DNA of 64,000 nucleotides, from positions 83,307 to 147,306 of the forward strand of contig JADZBD010000002.1 of NCBI GenBank assembly GCA_020852255.1. The letters run 5' to 3'. The notes under the pieces were generated by a model. The model was given only the letters and a program-made list of their open reading frames with translations. It was not told where the DNA came from and did no database searches. Each line of letters opens with the position of its first letter. Position 1 is the first letter of the stretch. A program made the position numbers and the translations under genes. Shown in pieces: positions 1 to 9,488 of this stretch. The stretch comes from Bacteroidia bacterium. GTDB taxonomy: Bacteria; Bacteroidota; Bacteroidia; JADZBD01.

Positions 1-1762
1 GATGGGAGGGCTCATTTCCGTGCGCATATTGTCCGATGAGGCCGGAGATATCCGCCTGCTCCCTTCCGGTGGTTTTTCTGTTCGTATGAAAGCATTGATT
101 CAGCTTTTGGAGAAACTCCTCATCTCCGCCGTGTGCGTTAATAAGTCCTGCCGGATCATGTGGTACAAAAAAGCTGTATTGCCAACTGTTTGCTTCGGTG
201 TAATTATTGTCTACCCGGTACGGGTCGAAAGGTGTTAGCCAGCCGCCGTTTTGCCGGGGCTGCATAAAACCGGTTGCAGGATTAAAGATGTTCTTCCAAT
301 AATGCGAGCGGTCCAGATAATGAAGATAGATCTCCTCCTTTCCAATTGCCCTGGCAAAAACCGAAATACACCAGTCGTTATAAGCATACTCCAGCGTTTT
401 TGAAACATTTTCGGACTCATCATGGGTCTCCAGGAAGCCTTTCTCCTTGTATTCGTCGATTCCCCTGTATCCGGGCAGGTTACTCATTGCCACCATAGCA
501 TCCAGCGCCAGCTGCACATCGAAGTCGCGGATACCCTTCATGTACGCATCTGCGATAACAGATACCGCATGGTATCCGATCATACATTCCGTTTCGCAGG
601 ATGCGAGCTCCCAAACCGGTAGTCGCTTGGTTTGTTTGTACATCTCGAGGAAGGTCTTGATAAAATCAGAAGTTCGTTTCCGGTCGATGAGTGTTAGCAG
701 AGGATGCAGGCTTCGAAAAGTATCCCACAGAGAAAAAACATGATAATAGTCGAAGCCCTCCGCCGTATAAATCTTTTTATCCATTCCGCGGTAGCGCCCG
801 TCGGCATCCGAAGCCAGGGAGGGATGAATCATACAATGATAGAGTGCTGTATAAAATACGGCAAGCTGGTCTTTATCCGCCGTAACGATATGAATGCGTG
901 AGAGTTCATCATTCCATGCTTTCGCCGTATTTGTGTACATTAAATCAAAGTCAAAGCCGGGCACCTCGGAAATCATATTATTCCATGCTCCTTTTACATC
1001 TACGGAGGATATGGAAACTTTTGCGGTCAGTTTATCCGCTTTCATGTCCGAAAAATTCAGGAGCACTTTTACAAATTCACCGCTGTAATAGTTGTCGATC
1101 CAGCGCTGATCTCCCATGCTTTTATCGTTCATAAAAACTTCCCATTCAAAGGGCCGTGAAAATTCGATGGCGAAATAGACATTCTGGTTTCCTGCCCAGG
1201 CTTCACTCCTTCTAAGTCCTTCCAATCGGGTACTGCTCACGATTTTCACATACGAACCCGGCAGCACCTTATCTCTGTGACCCAAATCAAAAACCACATA
1301 TTTCTCCTTGCCTTTCCATTCATATTCATGCATTCCCACCCGCTTACCGGTGGTTAGCCTGACATTGATCTCCTCATCGTCCAGTTCCACTTCATAATAT
1401 CCGGCGGAGGCTTTTTCCTTTTGGTGGGAGAATCCGGAACGGTAATCGCTCCGCAAAACACTTCTTTTACCGGTAGGCATTAGCAGTATATCCCCGAAAT
1501 CAGAGCAGCCCGTTCCGCTTAGATGCGTATGTGAGAACCCATAAATAACCGAATCAGAATAATGATACCCTGCGCATCCATCCCAACTGCCGTCGACACG
1601 TGTATCGGGTGAAAGCTGTATCATTCCGAAGGGGAACGCAGCTCCGGGAAAAGTATGCCCGTGTCCGCCGGTTCCGATGAAAGGGTTAACGTGTCCTGCT
1701 GGCTGTTGGGATGCGAGAACACCGGAGAGAAAAAGTACGGCAAGTGTGAGAGATTTTCGCAT
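1..1762 (-). CDS. GH92 family alpha-1,2-mannosidase, partial (C-terminus beyond window start)
   Basis: Not in the ORF track because the stop is outside the window. ATG is the complement of 1760-1762. My reverse-complement translation gives MRKSLTLAVLFLSGVLASQQPAGHVNPFIGTGGHGHTFPGAAFPFGMIQLSPDT..., a signal peptide followed by the conserved GH92 N-terminal VNPFIGTGG..GHTFPGA..PFGM.QLSPDT motif. The frame stays open to position 1. Confidence 0.8.
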   Translation of the reverse strand, partial: MRKSLTLAVLFLSGVLASQQPAGHVNPFIGTGGHGHTFPGAAFPFGMIQLSPDTRVDGSWDGCAGYHYSDSVIYGFSHTHLSGTGCSDFGDILLMPTGKRSVLRSDYRSGFSHQKEKASAGYYEVELDDEEINVRLTTGKRVGMHEYEWKGKEKYVVFDLGHRDKVLPGSYVKIVSSTRLEGLRRSEAWAGNQNVYFAIEFSRPFEWEVFMNDKSMGDQRWIDNYYSGEFVKVLLNFSDMKADKLTAKVSISSVDVKGAWNNMISEVPGFDFDLMYTNTAKAWNDELSRIHIVTADKDQLAVFYTALYHCMIHPSLASDADGRYRGMDKKIYTAEGFDYYHVFSLWDTFRSLHPLLTLIDRKRTSDFIKTFLEMYKQTKRLPVWELASCETECMIGYHAVSVIADAYMKGIRDFDVQLALDAMVAMSNLPGYRGIDEYKEKGFLETHDESENVSKTLEYAYNDWCISVFARAIGKEEIYLHYLDRSHYWKNIFNPATGFMQPRQNGGWLTPFDPYRVDNNYTEANSWQYSFFVPHDPAGLINAHGGDEEFLQKLNQCFHTNRKTTGREQADISGLIGQYAHGNEPSH

Positions 1763-1776
1763 ATCGCAAGTCTTTT

Positions 1777-2712
1777 TCAGTGGCTCTCCAGTTCCTTATA
1801 AACCAGTGATGCTGCGCCGAGTATGGCGGCATCGGCACCCGGAAGTCCTGACCAGTGAATGGTAACTTTATTCCTGTAAATATGCAGCAGATTTTTTTCA
1901 AAGCTTTCGAGCGTTGGATGCAGGATCAGATCACCTGCCTTTGCAAGACCACCAAAAAGGTAGATGGCATTGGGAGATGTAAAAGCCACCGCATTGGCCA
2001 GGGCCTCACCAAGAATTCTTCCCGTAAAGGAGAATGCTTCTGCAGCCCCGGCCTCTCCTTCCATCGCTTTAGTGTAAATATATTTAGCGTCGATCCCGTC
2101 CACCTTCTCCAGTTTTTTCAGCTCCTTATAGGTTATAACAAGCCCCGTGGCTGAACAATACGTCTCAAGGCAACCATATTTACCGCATCCACATAACCTC
2201 CCATTGCGTATAACGGTGACATGCCCGAGTTCGCCGGCCATACCATCATGCCCATATACCAGTTCCCCATTCACAACAATTCCGCTGCCTAACCCGGTAC
2301 CCAGCGTCACGAAAATGAAATCCTTTTTACCTCTTGCAGCACCGAACAACATCTCTCCTATGGCTGCGGCATTGGCATCATTGGTAAGCCATGAAGGGCA
2401 GCCCAATTCTCTTGAAAAATAAGAGGCCAGCGGGATCACCCCTTTCCAGGGCATATTTGGTGCGTACTCGATAGATCCCGAGAAGAAATTTCCGCTGGGA
2501 GCCCCTATACCAACACCAAGCAACCTTACCTCCGCCGGCAGGATACTGTGAATAGCCGTCGCTACTTCCTTGGTAAACGCTTCGGGATCTGTAAACCGGT
2601 TTGTTGCAATACTTCCGCGGGCATGGATCTTTCCGTGGGAATCCACCAAACCGAATACGGTGTTCGTGCCGCCAATATCAATGCCCGCTGCCAGTACCGC
2701 TTTCATAGTCAA
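1777..2712 (-). CDS. ROK family sugar kinase (glucokinase-like)
   Basis: 311 aa. N-terminal AAGIDIGGTNTVFGLVD ATP-binding motif. CGCGKYGCLETYCSATG zinc-binding motif typical of ROK kinases. 14 nt upstream of the GH92 gene on the same strand. Confidence 0.85.
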   Translation of the reverse strand: MTMKAVLAAGIDIGGTNTVFGLVDSHGKIHARGSIATNRFTDPEAFTKEVATAIHSILPAEVRLLGVGIGAPSGNFFSGSIEYAPNMPWKGVIPLASYFSRELGCPSWLTNDANAAAIGEMLFGAARGKKDFIFVTLGTGLGSGIVVNGELVYGHDGMAGELGHVTVIRNGRLCGCGKYGCLETYCSATGLVITYKELKKLEKVDGIDAKYIYTKAMEGEAGAAEAFSFTGRILGEALANAVAFTSPNAIYLFGGLAKAGDLILHPTLESFEKNLLHIYRNKVTIHWSGLPGADAAILGAASLVYKELESH

Positions 2713-4129
2713 TACCTTTTTGTTTCAGGATGGTTCTGGCGCTGAACCCATAGAAGAGAAGATAAACAAAACATCCCACACCGACAAAATAACTCCACTG
2801 GATTCCCACGTTTGTATCGGCAAGGCTTCCCTGTGCCAGGGATATCCAGCCTCCTCCCATAATCATCATGATCAGAAAAGACGACGCGTCATTTGTCTTT
2901 TTGCCGAGGCCTGCAATGGCCAGGGTAAAAATGCAGGGCCACAAAGTGGAACAGAATAATCCCACTGAGATAAACGCATACACGCTCACCATACCGCTTC
3001 CCAGCATACCTACAAGCAATGCGGAAATACCGAGAAACGAAAAGATCATGAGTTGCCGGGCTGGGCTTCCTTTACTAAGTACCTCCGCAAAGATCACGAG
3101 AGGAATCACTGCGAAATAATAATAAAACGGAGTGAGATCTGCGCCGCCGATGAAATTGACCAGCAGGAAAATTCCAAACGCTGCGTAGGGTAATATAAAC
3201 CGCAGGATGAGTTTTATTACCGGTTTCAATTCCATGGCACCCACTGCGCCCGTCCAACGTCCGATCATCAGACTGGCCCAGAACAAAGACACGTAGGGAG
3301 CAACTCCCTCCGTGGGAACGCCCAGTTTCTGTTTCATGAATTCAGGCAGGTTGGCTGCGGTGGCTACCTCCACTCCCACATAAACAAAAATGGCGATCAT
3401 GCCCATCCAAACCTGCGGATTACGAATCACATGGCCTTCCTGTTTCTGCTCTCCTGTTTCTGCTTCCGCCGGAGGATAATCGGGCAAAGAAGAGAATTTA
3501 AAAAACAAGGCCACCAGGATGAAGGCTGCTCCAAGGATCAGGTAAGGCCCCTTTACCGATTCCAGGCTCTCGAGCTTCGCACCGGGGTCAAGAGCGCCGA
3601 AAATAGCGAACGAAACAAGTACGGGACCGATGGTTGTGCCAATATTGTTGATCCCGCCCGCGAGACTGAGTCGCTGCGCACCTTTTTTAGGATCTCCGAG
3701 ATTGATGGCAAGAGGATTAGCTGCAGTTTGCTGAAGAGAAAAACCAAGGCCTACCACAAACAATCCGGTTAGCATCAGGGGAAAGGAAGAAGACTGAGCG
3801 GCAGGGTAAAACAGAAGTGTACCCAACGCAGAAATAAAAAGCCCCAGTGCGATGCCGTTCCTGTAACCTATTTCATTGATCAGGTCTCGTTTACGCACCA
3901 GCGACAGCACCATATAAATCAGCGAACCCGCGGTATAGGCAATATAGAATGCCACATCCACGAACATAGCTTCCCACTGGCTGAGCTCGAAGTGCTCACG
4001 GAAGACAGGAATAAGAATGGTATTACTGGCGGCTACAAAACCCCAAAAGAAAAATACTGAAATCAGGATCATCAGCCCCCCGGTTCCGGAAGGGCCTGAA
4101 ACTGAATTGCTTTTATCCAACACCGGCAT
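2678..4129 (-). CDS. MFS sugar:H+ symporter (FucP/GluP glucose/galactose-transporter type)
   Basis: 483 aa, about 12 predicted TM helices. N-terminus FFWGFVAASNTILIPVFREHFELSQWEAMFVD resembles FucP/GluP family transporters. Overlaps the ROK kinase gene by 35 nt, consistent with an operon. Confidence 0.8.
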   Translation of the reverse strand: MPVLDKSNSVSGPSGTGGLMILISVFFFWGFVAASNTILIPVFREHFELSQWEAMFVDVAFYIAYTAGSLIYMVLSLVRKRDLINEIGYRNGIALGLFISALGTLLFYPAAQSSSFPLMLTGLFVVGLGFSLQQTAANPLAINLGDPKKGAQRLSLAGGINNIGTTIGPVLVSFAIFGALDPGAKLESLESVKGPYLILGAAFILVALFFKFSSLPDYPPAEAETGEQKQEGHVIRNPQVWMGMIAIFVYVGVEVATAANLPEFMKQKLGVPTEGVAPYVSLFWASLMIGRWTGAVGAMELKPVIKLILRFILPYAAFGIFLLVNFIGGADLTPFYYYFAVIPLVIFAEVLSKGSPARQLMIFSFLGISALLVGMLGSGMVSVYAFISVGLFCSTLWPCIFTLAIAGLGKKTNDASSFLIMMIMGGGWISLAQGSLADTNVGIQWSYFVGVGCFVYLLFYGFSARTILKQKGIDYESGTGSGH

Positions 4130-4197
4130 AGCCCTAAAGTATAAAATAATCGTGGAACCCGTTCTCCGGAGTGGTTTCAGGGCACTTGGTATCAGAC

Positions 4198-4228
4198 TTT
4201 GGCCGGGGCCAAAAAAGGGATATATTTG
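4198..4228 (+). promoter_or_regulatory. candidate Bacteroidetes sigma-A promoter for efp (TTTG-N19-TATATTTG)
   Basis: TTTG at 4198-4201, then TATATTTG (TAnnTTTG -7 consensus) at 4221-4228 with 19-nt spacing, 34 nt upstream of the efp ATG. Confidence 0.45.
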
Positions 4229-4261
4229 CGTCCCTTTTTACACAATCAAAAAACATCAACT

Positions 4262-4822
4262 ATGGCCGATACCGGAGATGTAAGCATCGGAACCTTCATC
4301 CGATTTAATAATGAGATCTGTCAGATCCTTGAATACCAACACAGGACTCCCGGAAACCTTAGGGCCTTTTACCAGGCGAAAATGCGGAACCTTAAGTCAG
4401 GCAAACTGGTAGAAAACCGCTTTCGTTCCGGGGAACCGGTAGAAATAGTCCGGGTGGAATTCAAAGAAATGCAGTACATCTATCCCGAGAATGAGCTTGT
4501 TGTAGTAATGGATAATGACACTTATGAGCAGGTTTACCTGAATAAGTCCATGTTCGGAAACAGTATTCAGTTCCTGAAAGAGGGGATGACGGTAAAGGTG
4601 GCGTTCGAAGGAGAGAATCCCATTCTTGCAGAGCCTCCCACCTTTGTGGAGCTGACCGTTACGTACTGTGAGCCCGGCGTAAAAGGCGACACGGCTACTA
4701 ACACGTTAAAGCCGGCCACGCTGGAAACGGGAGCAGTGGTTAATGTGCCCTTATTTGTAAATACAGGAGACAAGATCCGTATAGATACCAGGACCTTTTC
4801 TTACATGGAACGGGTAAAGTAA
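4262..4822 (+). CDS. efp: elongation factor P
   Basis: Conserved EF-P sequence across its length (…KMRNLKSGKLVENRFRSGEPVE…VNVPLFVNTGDKIRIDTRTFSYMERV). Start placed at the internal ATG at 4262 (MADTGDV…); the track ORF begins upstream at 4199. Confidence 0.9.
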   Translation: MADTGDVSIGTFIRFNNEICQILEYQHRTPGNLRAFYQAKMRNLKSGKLVENRFRSGEPVEIVRVEFKEMQYIYPENELVVVMDNDTYEQVYLNKSMFGNSIQFLKEGMTVKVAFEGENPILAEPPTFVELTVTYCEPGVKGDTATNTLKPATLETGAVVNVPLFVNTGDKIRIDTRTFSYMERVK

Positions 4823-4830
4823 TCAAGCAG

Positions 4831-4857
4831 ACCCCTCCCCGGAGGGGTTTTTTTATA
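4831..4857 (+). terminator. rho-independent terminator after efp
   Basis: GC hairpin cccctcc..ggagggg followed by a T7 run, immediately after the efp stop. Confidence 0.6.
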
Positions 4858-4871
4858 TCTATCTTTGAACT

Positions 4872-5819
4872 GTGAAATTCTCCAGGCTTCATACACTCAA
4901 AGAGATCGCGGAGCTGCTGGGAGCGGAGGCGGTGGGAGATCCCGGTCATCCGGTAACAGGGCTCAATGAAATACATTGTGTGGAGGAAGGCGATGTAGTT
5001 TTCGTTGACCATCCGAAATATTACGGTAAGGCACTCAACTGTGCAGCCACCACCGTACTGATCAACGCTAAAATGCAGGCACCGGCAGGAAAAGCATTGC
5101 TGGTAGTGAAGGATCCATTCAGTGCCTTTAATCGCTTGATCACTCATTTCAAACCCGTGTATCCGCCGCAGAAAGAGATGATCGCACCCTCAGCCAAGGT
5201 GGGAGAAGATTCCGTTATTATGCCGGGAGTATTTCTTGGGAATGGAGTTACCATAGGACGCGGTTGCCTGATCCATTCCGGTGTGGTGATCTATGAAAAC
5301 TGTCATCTGGGGGATCATGTGATCATTCACTCCGGCACTGTAATTGGCGCAGACGCATTTTATTTTAAAAAGCGGGAATCACATTTTGAAAAGCTGATCT
5401 CCTGCGGGAGGGTCATCATTGAGGATGATGTAGAGATCGGGGCGCTTTGTTCTGTAGACAGGGGTGTTACCGCAGATACTATTGTAGGAAGAGGAACCAA
5501 GATAGACAATCACGTTCAGATCGGGCACGACACTGTAACCGGTGAGATGTGCCTGATGGCTTCACAGGTAGGAATTTCAGGTGTGGTGAAAGTAGGAAAC
5601 AGGGTTACGATCTGGGGACAAGCCGGCGTTTCCAGCGACATTACGATAGCCGACGGAGCAGTGGTTCTTGCCCAGTCCGGTGTTGGAATGAATCTGGAAG
5701 CCGGAAAGAGTTATTTTGGGACACCGGCCGGTGATGCGCGTGAGAAAATGCGCGAACTGGCACAGGTGAAGCGCATTCCTGAAATCCTCGAAAAACTCAA
5801 GCGGCTGAAAGCAGACTGA
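4872..5819 (+). CDS. lpxD: UDP-3-O-(3-hydroxyacyl)glucosamine N-acyltransferase
   Basis: 315 aa. N-terminal LpxD-type domain followed by left-handed beta-helix hexapeptide repeats (…IGRGCLIHSGVVIYENCHLGDHVIIHSGTVIGADAF…). Confidence 0.9.
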   Translation: MKFSRLHTLKEIAELLGAEAVGDPGHPVTGLNEIHCVEEGDVVFVDHPKYYGKALNCAATTVLINAKMQAPAGKALLVVKDPFSAFNRLITHFKPVYPPQKEMIAPSAKVGEDSVIMPGVFLGNGVTIGRGCLIHSGVVIYENCHLGDHVIIHSGTVIGADAFYFKKRESHFEKLISCGRVIIEDDVEIGALCSVDRGVTADTIVGRGTKIDNHVQIGHDTVTGEMCLMASQVGISGVVKVGNRVTIWGQAGVSSDITIADGAVVLAQSGVGMNLEAGKSYFGTPAGDAREKMRELAQVKRIPEILEKLKRLKAD

Positions 5820-5902
5820 CCTTCCGCAACTTTTATCGTTCAATTCATCTCATTGGTCTAAATTAATTTGGCATACCGGTAATCCGGTTAATTTTATATA
5901 CA

Positions 5903-7126
5903 ATGGCTACTCCCTCCCATAAGTCGTTTTCCCGTTCCCAGCTGATGGAGATCAAGCTCAGTTCGCTGCTTCAAGTTACCAAAGCCATTAATAACAATTT
6001 CTCAACGAATGAGTTGTTGGAGATCTTCGAGAAAGTGGTCAGGGAACAACTCAACATCGGCCGGCTTGTACTGCTCAGCCATGATGGATCCTGGAAAACG
6101 CTTATCTCTTTCGGGGTTGACAAGGTTCCTGAATTTGATGTGGATCAAAAGCTGGGAGGAATAGAGGGAATTACATTTACCAACATTTTCGATGAAACCG
6201 CAAAGCAGCATTCTGATGCTGTGGTTCCCGTGTTTCACAAATCTTCTCCGCTGGCCTACGTACTCATCGGCGATATCAATGAGCAGGAGCTGGAAATGAG
6301 TCCCATTATCAAGCATCTGCCGTTCATACAAACGCTCACCAACATTATTGTGGTAGCGGTAGAAAACAAAAAACTATTTAAAGAAAATCTGAAGCAGGCG
6401 GCCATCACAAAGGAGCTGGAACTTGCATCAGAAATGCAGAACATGCTTTTCCCGTCCAGCCTTCCATCGGACAAGAACATGGATATCGCAGCCTTTTACC
6501 TTCCGCACCGTCAGGTAGGAGGCGATTATTATGATTTTATCCGTTTGAATGAGAATGAAGTTGCCTTCTGTATGGCCGACGTATCCGGTAAAGGAGTGGC
6601 AGCTGCCCTGCTCATGTCGAATTTTCAGGCCAACCTGCGTATTTTATTGAGGCATATGAATTCACTCACCGATCTTGTACGCGAACTGAACGCGATTGTT
6701 ATGGATAATGCGAAGGGAGAAAAGTTTATCACCTTTTTTATCGCGCGTTATAATCAGGTGACAAAAATGCTGAACTACATCAACGCAGGTCATAATCCGC
6801 CGGTGTTGCTGAGCGGAAACACAACTACGCTGCTCAGAACCGGATGCACCGGACTGGGCATGCTGGATGAAATTCCGCGCATCCGCGAAGGGCTCGTTCA
6901 CCTTCAGCCCCCCAGCACGGTGGTTTGTTATACAGACGGGGTGGTAGAAGTGGAAAACAACAGTGGTGTGGAATTCGGTACCGGCTCTCTGGAACAGGTG
7001 ATGATGAATCACCGAGACCTGAGCATGGAAGAACTGAATGCCATGATCATTAAAAAACTGGACGTCTTCCGGGAATCCCAGTCCTACATTGATGATATCA
7101 CCTTATTCAGCGCCCGTTTCTTCTGA
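5903..7126 (+). CDS. GAF-domain PP2C/SpoIIE-family serine phosphatase
   Basis: 407 aa. N-terminal region resembles GAF. C-terminal half carries PP2C/SpoIIE signatures (GGDYYDF…CMADVSGKGVAAALLMS…ITLFSARF). Confidence 0.75.
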   Translation: MATPSHKSFSRSQLMEIKLSSLLQVTKAINNNFSTNELLEIFEKVVREQLNIGRLVLLSHDGSWKTLISFGVDKVPEFDVDQKLGGIEGITFTNIFDETAKQHSDAVVPVFHKSSPLAYVLIGDINEQELEMSPIIKHLPFIQTLTNIIVVAVENKKLFKENLKQAAITKELELASEMQNMLFPSSLPSDKNMDIAAFYLPHRQVGGDYYDFIRLNENEVAFCMADVSGKGVAAALLMSNFQANLRILLRHMNSLTDLVRELNAIVMDNAKGEKFITFFIARYNQVTKMLNYINAGHNPPVLLSGNTTTLLRTGCTGLGMLDEIPRIREGLVHLQPPSTVVCYTDGVVEVENNSGVEFGTGSLEQVMMNHRDLSMEELNAMIIKKLDVFRESQSYIDDITLFSARFF

Positions 7127-8542
7127 ACCCGGCTGGTGGTAAACTTCCCATGCGACAAGAATTGCCATAAAGCCCCAGAAGGGTGCAGAGGCTTTATCTG
7201 TGTCCAGAAAGTTGTTGAGCGCACCGTGAACAAAATAAGTGATCAATCCCAGCAATAACGCTATGATCAGGTTTCGGTACACTCCCCTGTTCATTCTCTT
7301 GAACAAACTCACCCCTTTCCAAATCGCCGCCACCCCAATCATCACAAAGGATAACATGCCTAAAACACCGGATTCTGCAAGCGGTCCGATGTATTCGCTG
7401 TGTGCATTTCCCCGGTCACCCATATTGGTGGAGATGTAGGTTTTCTCATAGGAAAACTGAAACGGAGCATACTGAAACATATATGTTCCCGGGCCCCAGC
7501 CAAAGAAAGGCCGCTCGCGGAACATCCGGAGGGCCGACTGCCACCGGTTGATCCTTTCCATGTTGGATGCGTCTGTAGAAATATTTGAAATAGACTGAAT
7601 ATGTTCGGTAAAATCTGTTGAAGAAGCTTTCTTATTCTTTTCCAGCCGCATAAAAATCCTGTCCTGAAACGTAACCAGCAAGGCAAGACCCGCTATGGCC
7701 CCAAGACCTATTGTGAACAATTTAATTCTGAACCACAGCACCAGAAAAACCAAAAGTGCGCCAGCCAGGCTCACCCATGCGGCGCGCGTATAGGAGAAAA
7801 CGAGTGCTACGGCAAAAAGAACAAGGAGCATCCATGCAAAAAGGCGCTGGGTGCGTGTAAATGTGCTCCATTGAACTAAAACGAACAGCAACGGAAAAAA
7901 CATGGCGAGCATGGCCCCGTAGGATGTATGGTCGTTATAAAAAGGCGTCATCGCCACGTGAGCCGGTTGTTCGCGGAATCCGCCCTGTGCGTGATTGATG
8001 AGTGTGTATAGAATCACGATGGTAAAGGACAAAAGATAGGCCCATAGGTACTTGTTGATGTTTTCCTTCTCGCGGAACAACTGAATCGCTAAAAAGTAAA
8101 AGGGGATAATAAACCAAAGTTTGGCGGCAAAATGCTTTAACGATACCAGCGGCATTTCAGACGTAACGCAGGTGACCAGCATCCATCCAAGATAAAACAG
8201 GATGGCAATAGTCACCGGATGCCGCACCACCCGGCGGTCCAGGTATCCTTCATAAAGGTATCGGAAAACAAAAATCAGTGTGATCCCGAACAGCAAAGGT
8301 TCTGTAGGCACGGAGAGAGCCACTCCAAAGTCCTTTACATCTTTGAGTGTGATGGATAGCGGTGTAAAGAAGACAACCATGTAAAGCAGCTTGTCCATAG
8401 AGAAAAGCGCCAGCATTACTACAAGAAAAACACCCGGAAGTAAGTTGAGCCAGAAGAATTCGTAGGCGATGAAATAGGTATTGATCAGGATGAAAATTCC
8501 CCCGATAAGGTACAGCCATTTCAGCTTGATTTGTTCTGTCAT
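7103..8542 (-). CDS. O-antigen ligase/polymerase (Wzy/WaaL-like) family polytopic membrane protein
   Basis: 479 aa, more than 10 TM helices. Central periplasmic-loop region …YTRAAWVSLAGALLVFLV… typical of the O-antigen ligase family (PF04932-like). Overlaps the 3' end of the upstream gene by 24 nt. Confidence 0.55.
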   Translation of the reverse strand: MTEQIKLKWLYLIGGIFILINTYFIAYEFFWLNLLPGVFLVVMLALFSMDKLLYMVVFFTPLSITLKDVKDFGVALSVPTEPLLFGITLIFVFRYLYEGYLDRRVVRHPVTIAILFYLGWMLVTCVTSEMPLVSLKHFAAKLWFIIPFYFLAIQLFREKENINKYLWAYLLSFTIVILYTLINHAQGGFREQPAHVAMTPFYNDHTSYGAMLAMFFPLLFVLVQWSTFTRTQRLFAWMLLVLFAVALVFSYTRAAWVSLAGALLVFLVLWFRIKLFTIGLGAIAGLALLVTFQDRIFMRLEKNKKASSTDFTEHIQSISNISTDASNMERINRWQSALRMFRERPFFGWGPGTYMFQYAPFQFSYEKTYISTNMGDRGNAHSEYIGPLAESGVLGMLSFVMIGVAAIWKGVSLFKRMNRGVYRNLIIALLLGLITYFVHGALNNFLDTDKASAPFWGFMAILVAWEVYHQPGSEETGAE

Positions 8543-8546
8543 CGGT

Positions 8547-9488
8547 TCAGTAACGACGGGAGCGCTCGAGGATGATCACACCAATCACCGCCACCAAAAA
8601 AGTAGAGATCATGGAAACTGCGCATATCACCCAACGAATAGGATAGGACTTTTTATCTGCTTTTACCGGTTTCACCACTACGTTCGTATACGTAAGTTCC
8701 TTCACCACATCCCGGAACGCATTGTCGTGATCTACTTTCAAACTGGTCAGCGTTTTAATGGAGGCTTCCATGAATTCGTTCAGCGCGATGTAATCGTTTC
8801 CCTTTTCCTCCAGATTCCGGATCGAGACCAGGATATCGGAGGTTTTTTTGGGATTATTTCCCAACGACTTGTAATACTCTCTGCTTGCTTCCTTCGCCTG
8901 CGACTTATAATCAATAATTCCGAATTTCACCTTAAGCTCCCGGAGCAGACTGCTTACCGAATCGATTTCCACCTGTTTCCGCTGCATCTGCTTTTCGATA
9001 ATCGAAACCACCTCAAGGGATTTTTTACGATGAAGATCTCTGGTATTTGTATTGAAGTACTCGATCAATGAGAGAATAATATGGTATGCGGAGTCCGGAT
9101 TTTCATCTAAAACTTCCAGCTCCACTGCCTCAAACTCTGTTTTCCCGATCTGCACATGATCATTGAATGCATCCGTTAACCTGGTAACGCCACCCTTATT
9201 CAGCGTATCCACACCGTAATGTTCTGACAGATTATGCTTGTGGATGACCTGGTTCCGGATCTGGTTCGATTGAAAAAGCTGCAGCATTTGTTCCGTTGGA
9301 GTTTCAATGCCGTAGGAGATCAGGTTGCTGGGATAAATCACCGCAGACGATTTATATTGTGGTGCAATAAAAACAGGCAGTGAAAAAAACCAGGCCAGCA
9401 CGCCGGCGGCCAGAACCAATGCTCCCAACTGCTTCTTCCATTTCAGAAGCAGACGAAGAAGATCCATATTGTTAAAAATATCAGCCAT
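8547..9488 (-). CDS. Wzz-like polysaccharide chain-length determinant (PCP) protein
   Basis: 313 aa. N-terminal TM (ALVLAAGVLAWFFSLPVFIA) followed by PQYKSSAVIYPS. C-terminal TM (WVICAVSMISTFLVAVIGVIIL). Coiled-coil middle region. This is the Wzz/PCP topology. Confidence 0.6.
   Translation of the reverse strand: MADIFNNMDLLRLLLKWKKQLGALVLAAGVLAWFFSLPVFIAPQYKSSAVIYPSNLISYGIETPTEQMLQLFQSNQIRNQVIHKHNLSEHYGVDTLNKGGVTRLTDAFNDHVQIGKTEFEAVELEVLDENPDSAYHIILSLIEYFNTNTRDLHRKKSLEVVSIIEKQMQRKQVEIDSVSSLLRELKVKFGIIDYKSQAKEASREYYKSLGNNPKKTSDILVSIRNLEEKGNDYIALNEFMEASIKTLTSLKVDHDNAFRDVVKELTYTNVVVKPVKADKKSYPIRWVICAVSMISTFLVAVIGVIILERSRRY

Noticed and set aside
8481-9071. 196-aa plus-strand ORF overlapping the Wzz-like gene
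   Set aside because: Antisense shadow ORF: histidine/arginine-rich nonsense translation with no start context.
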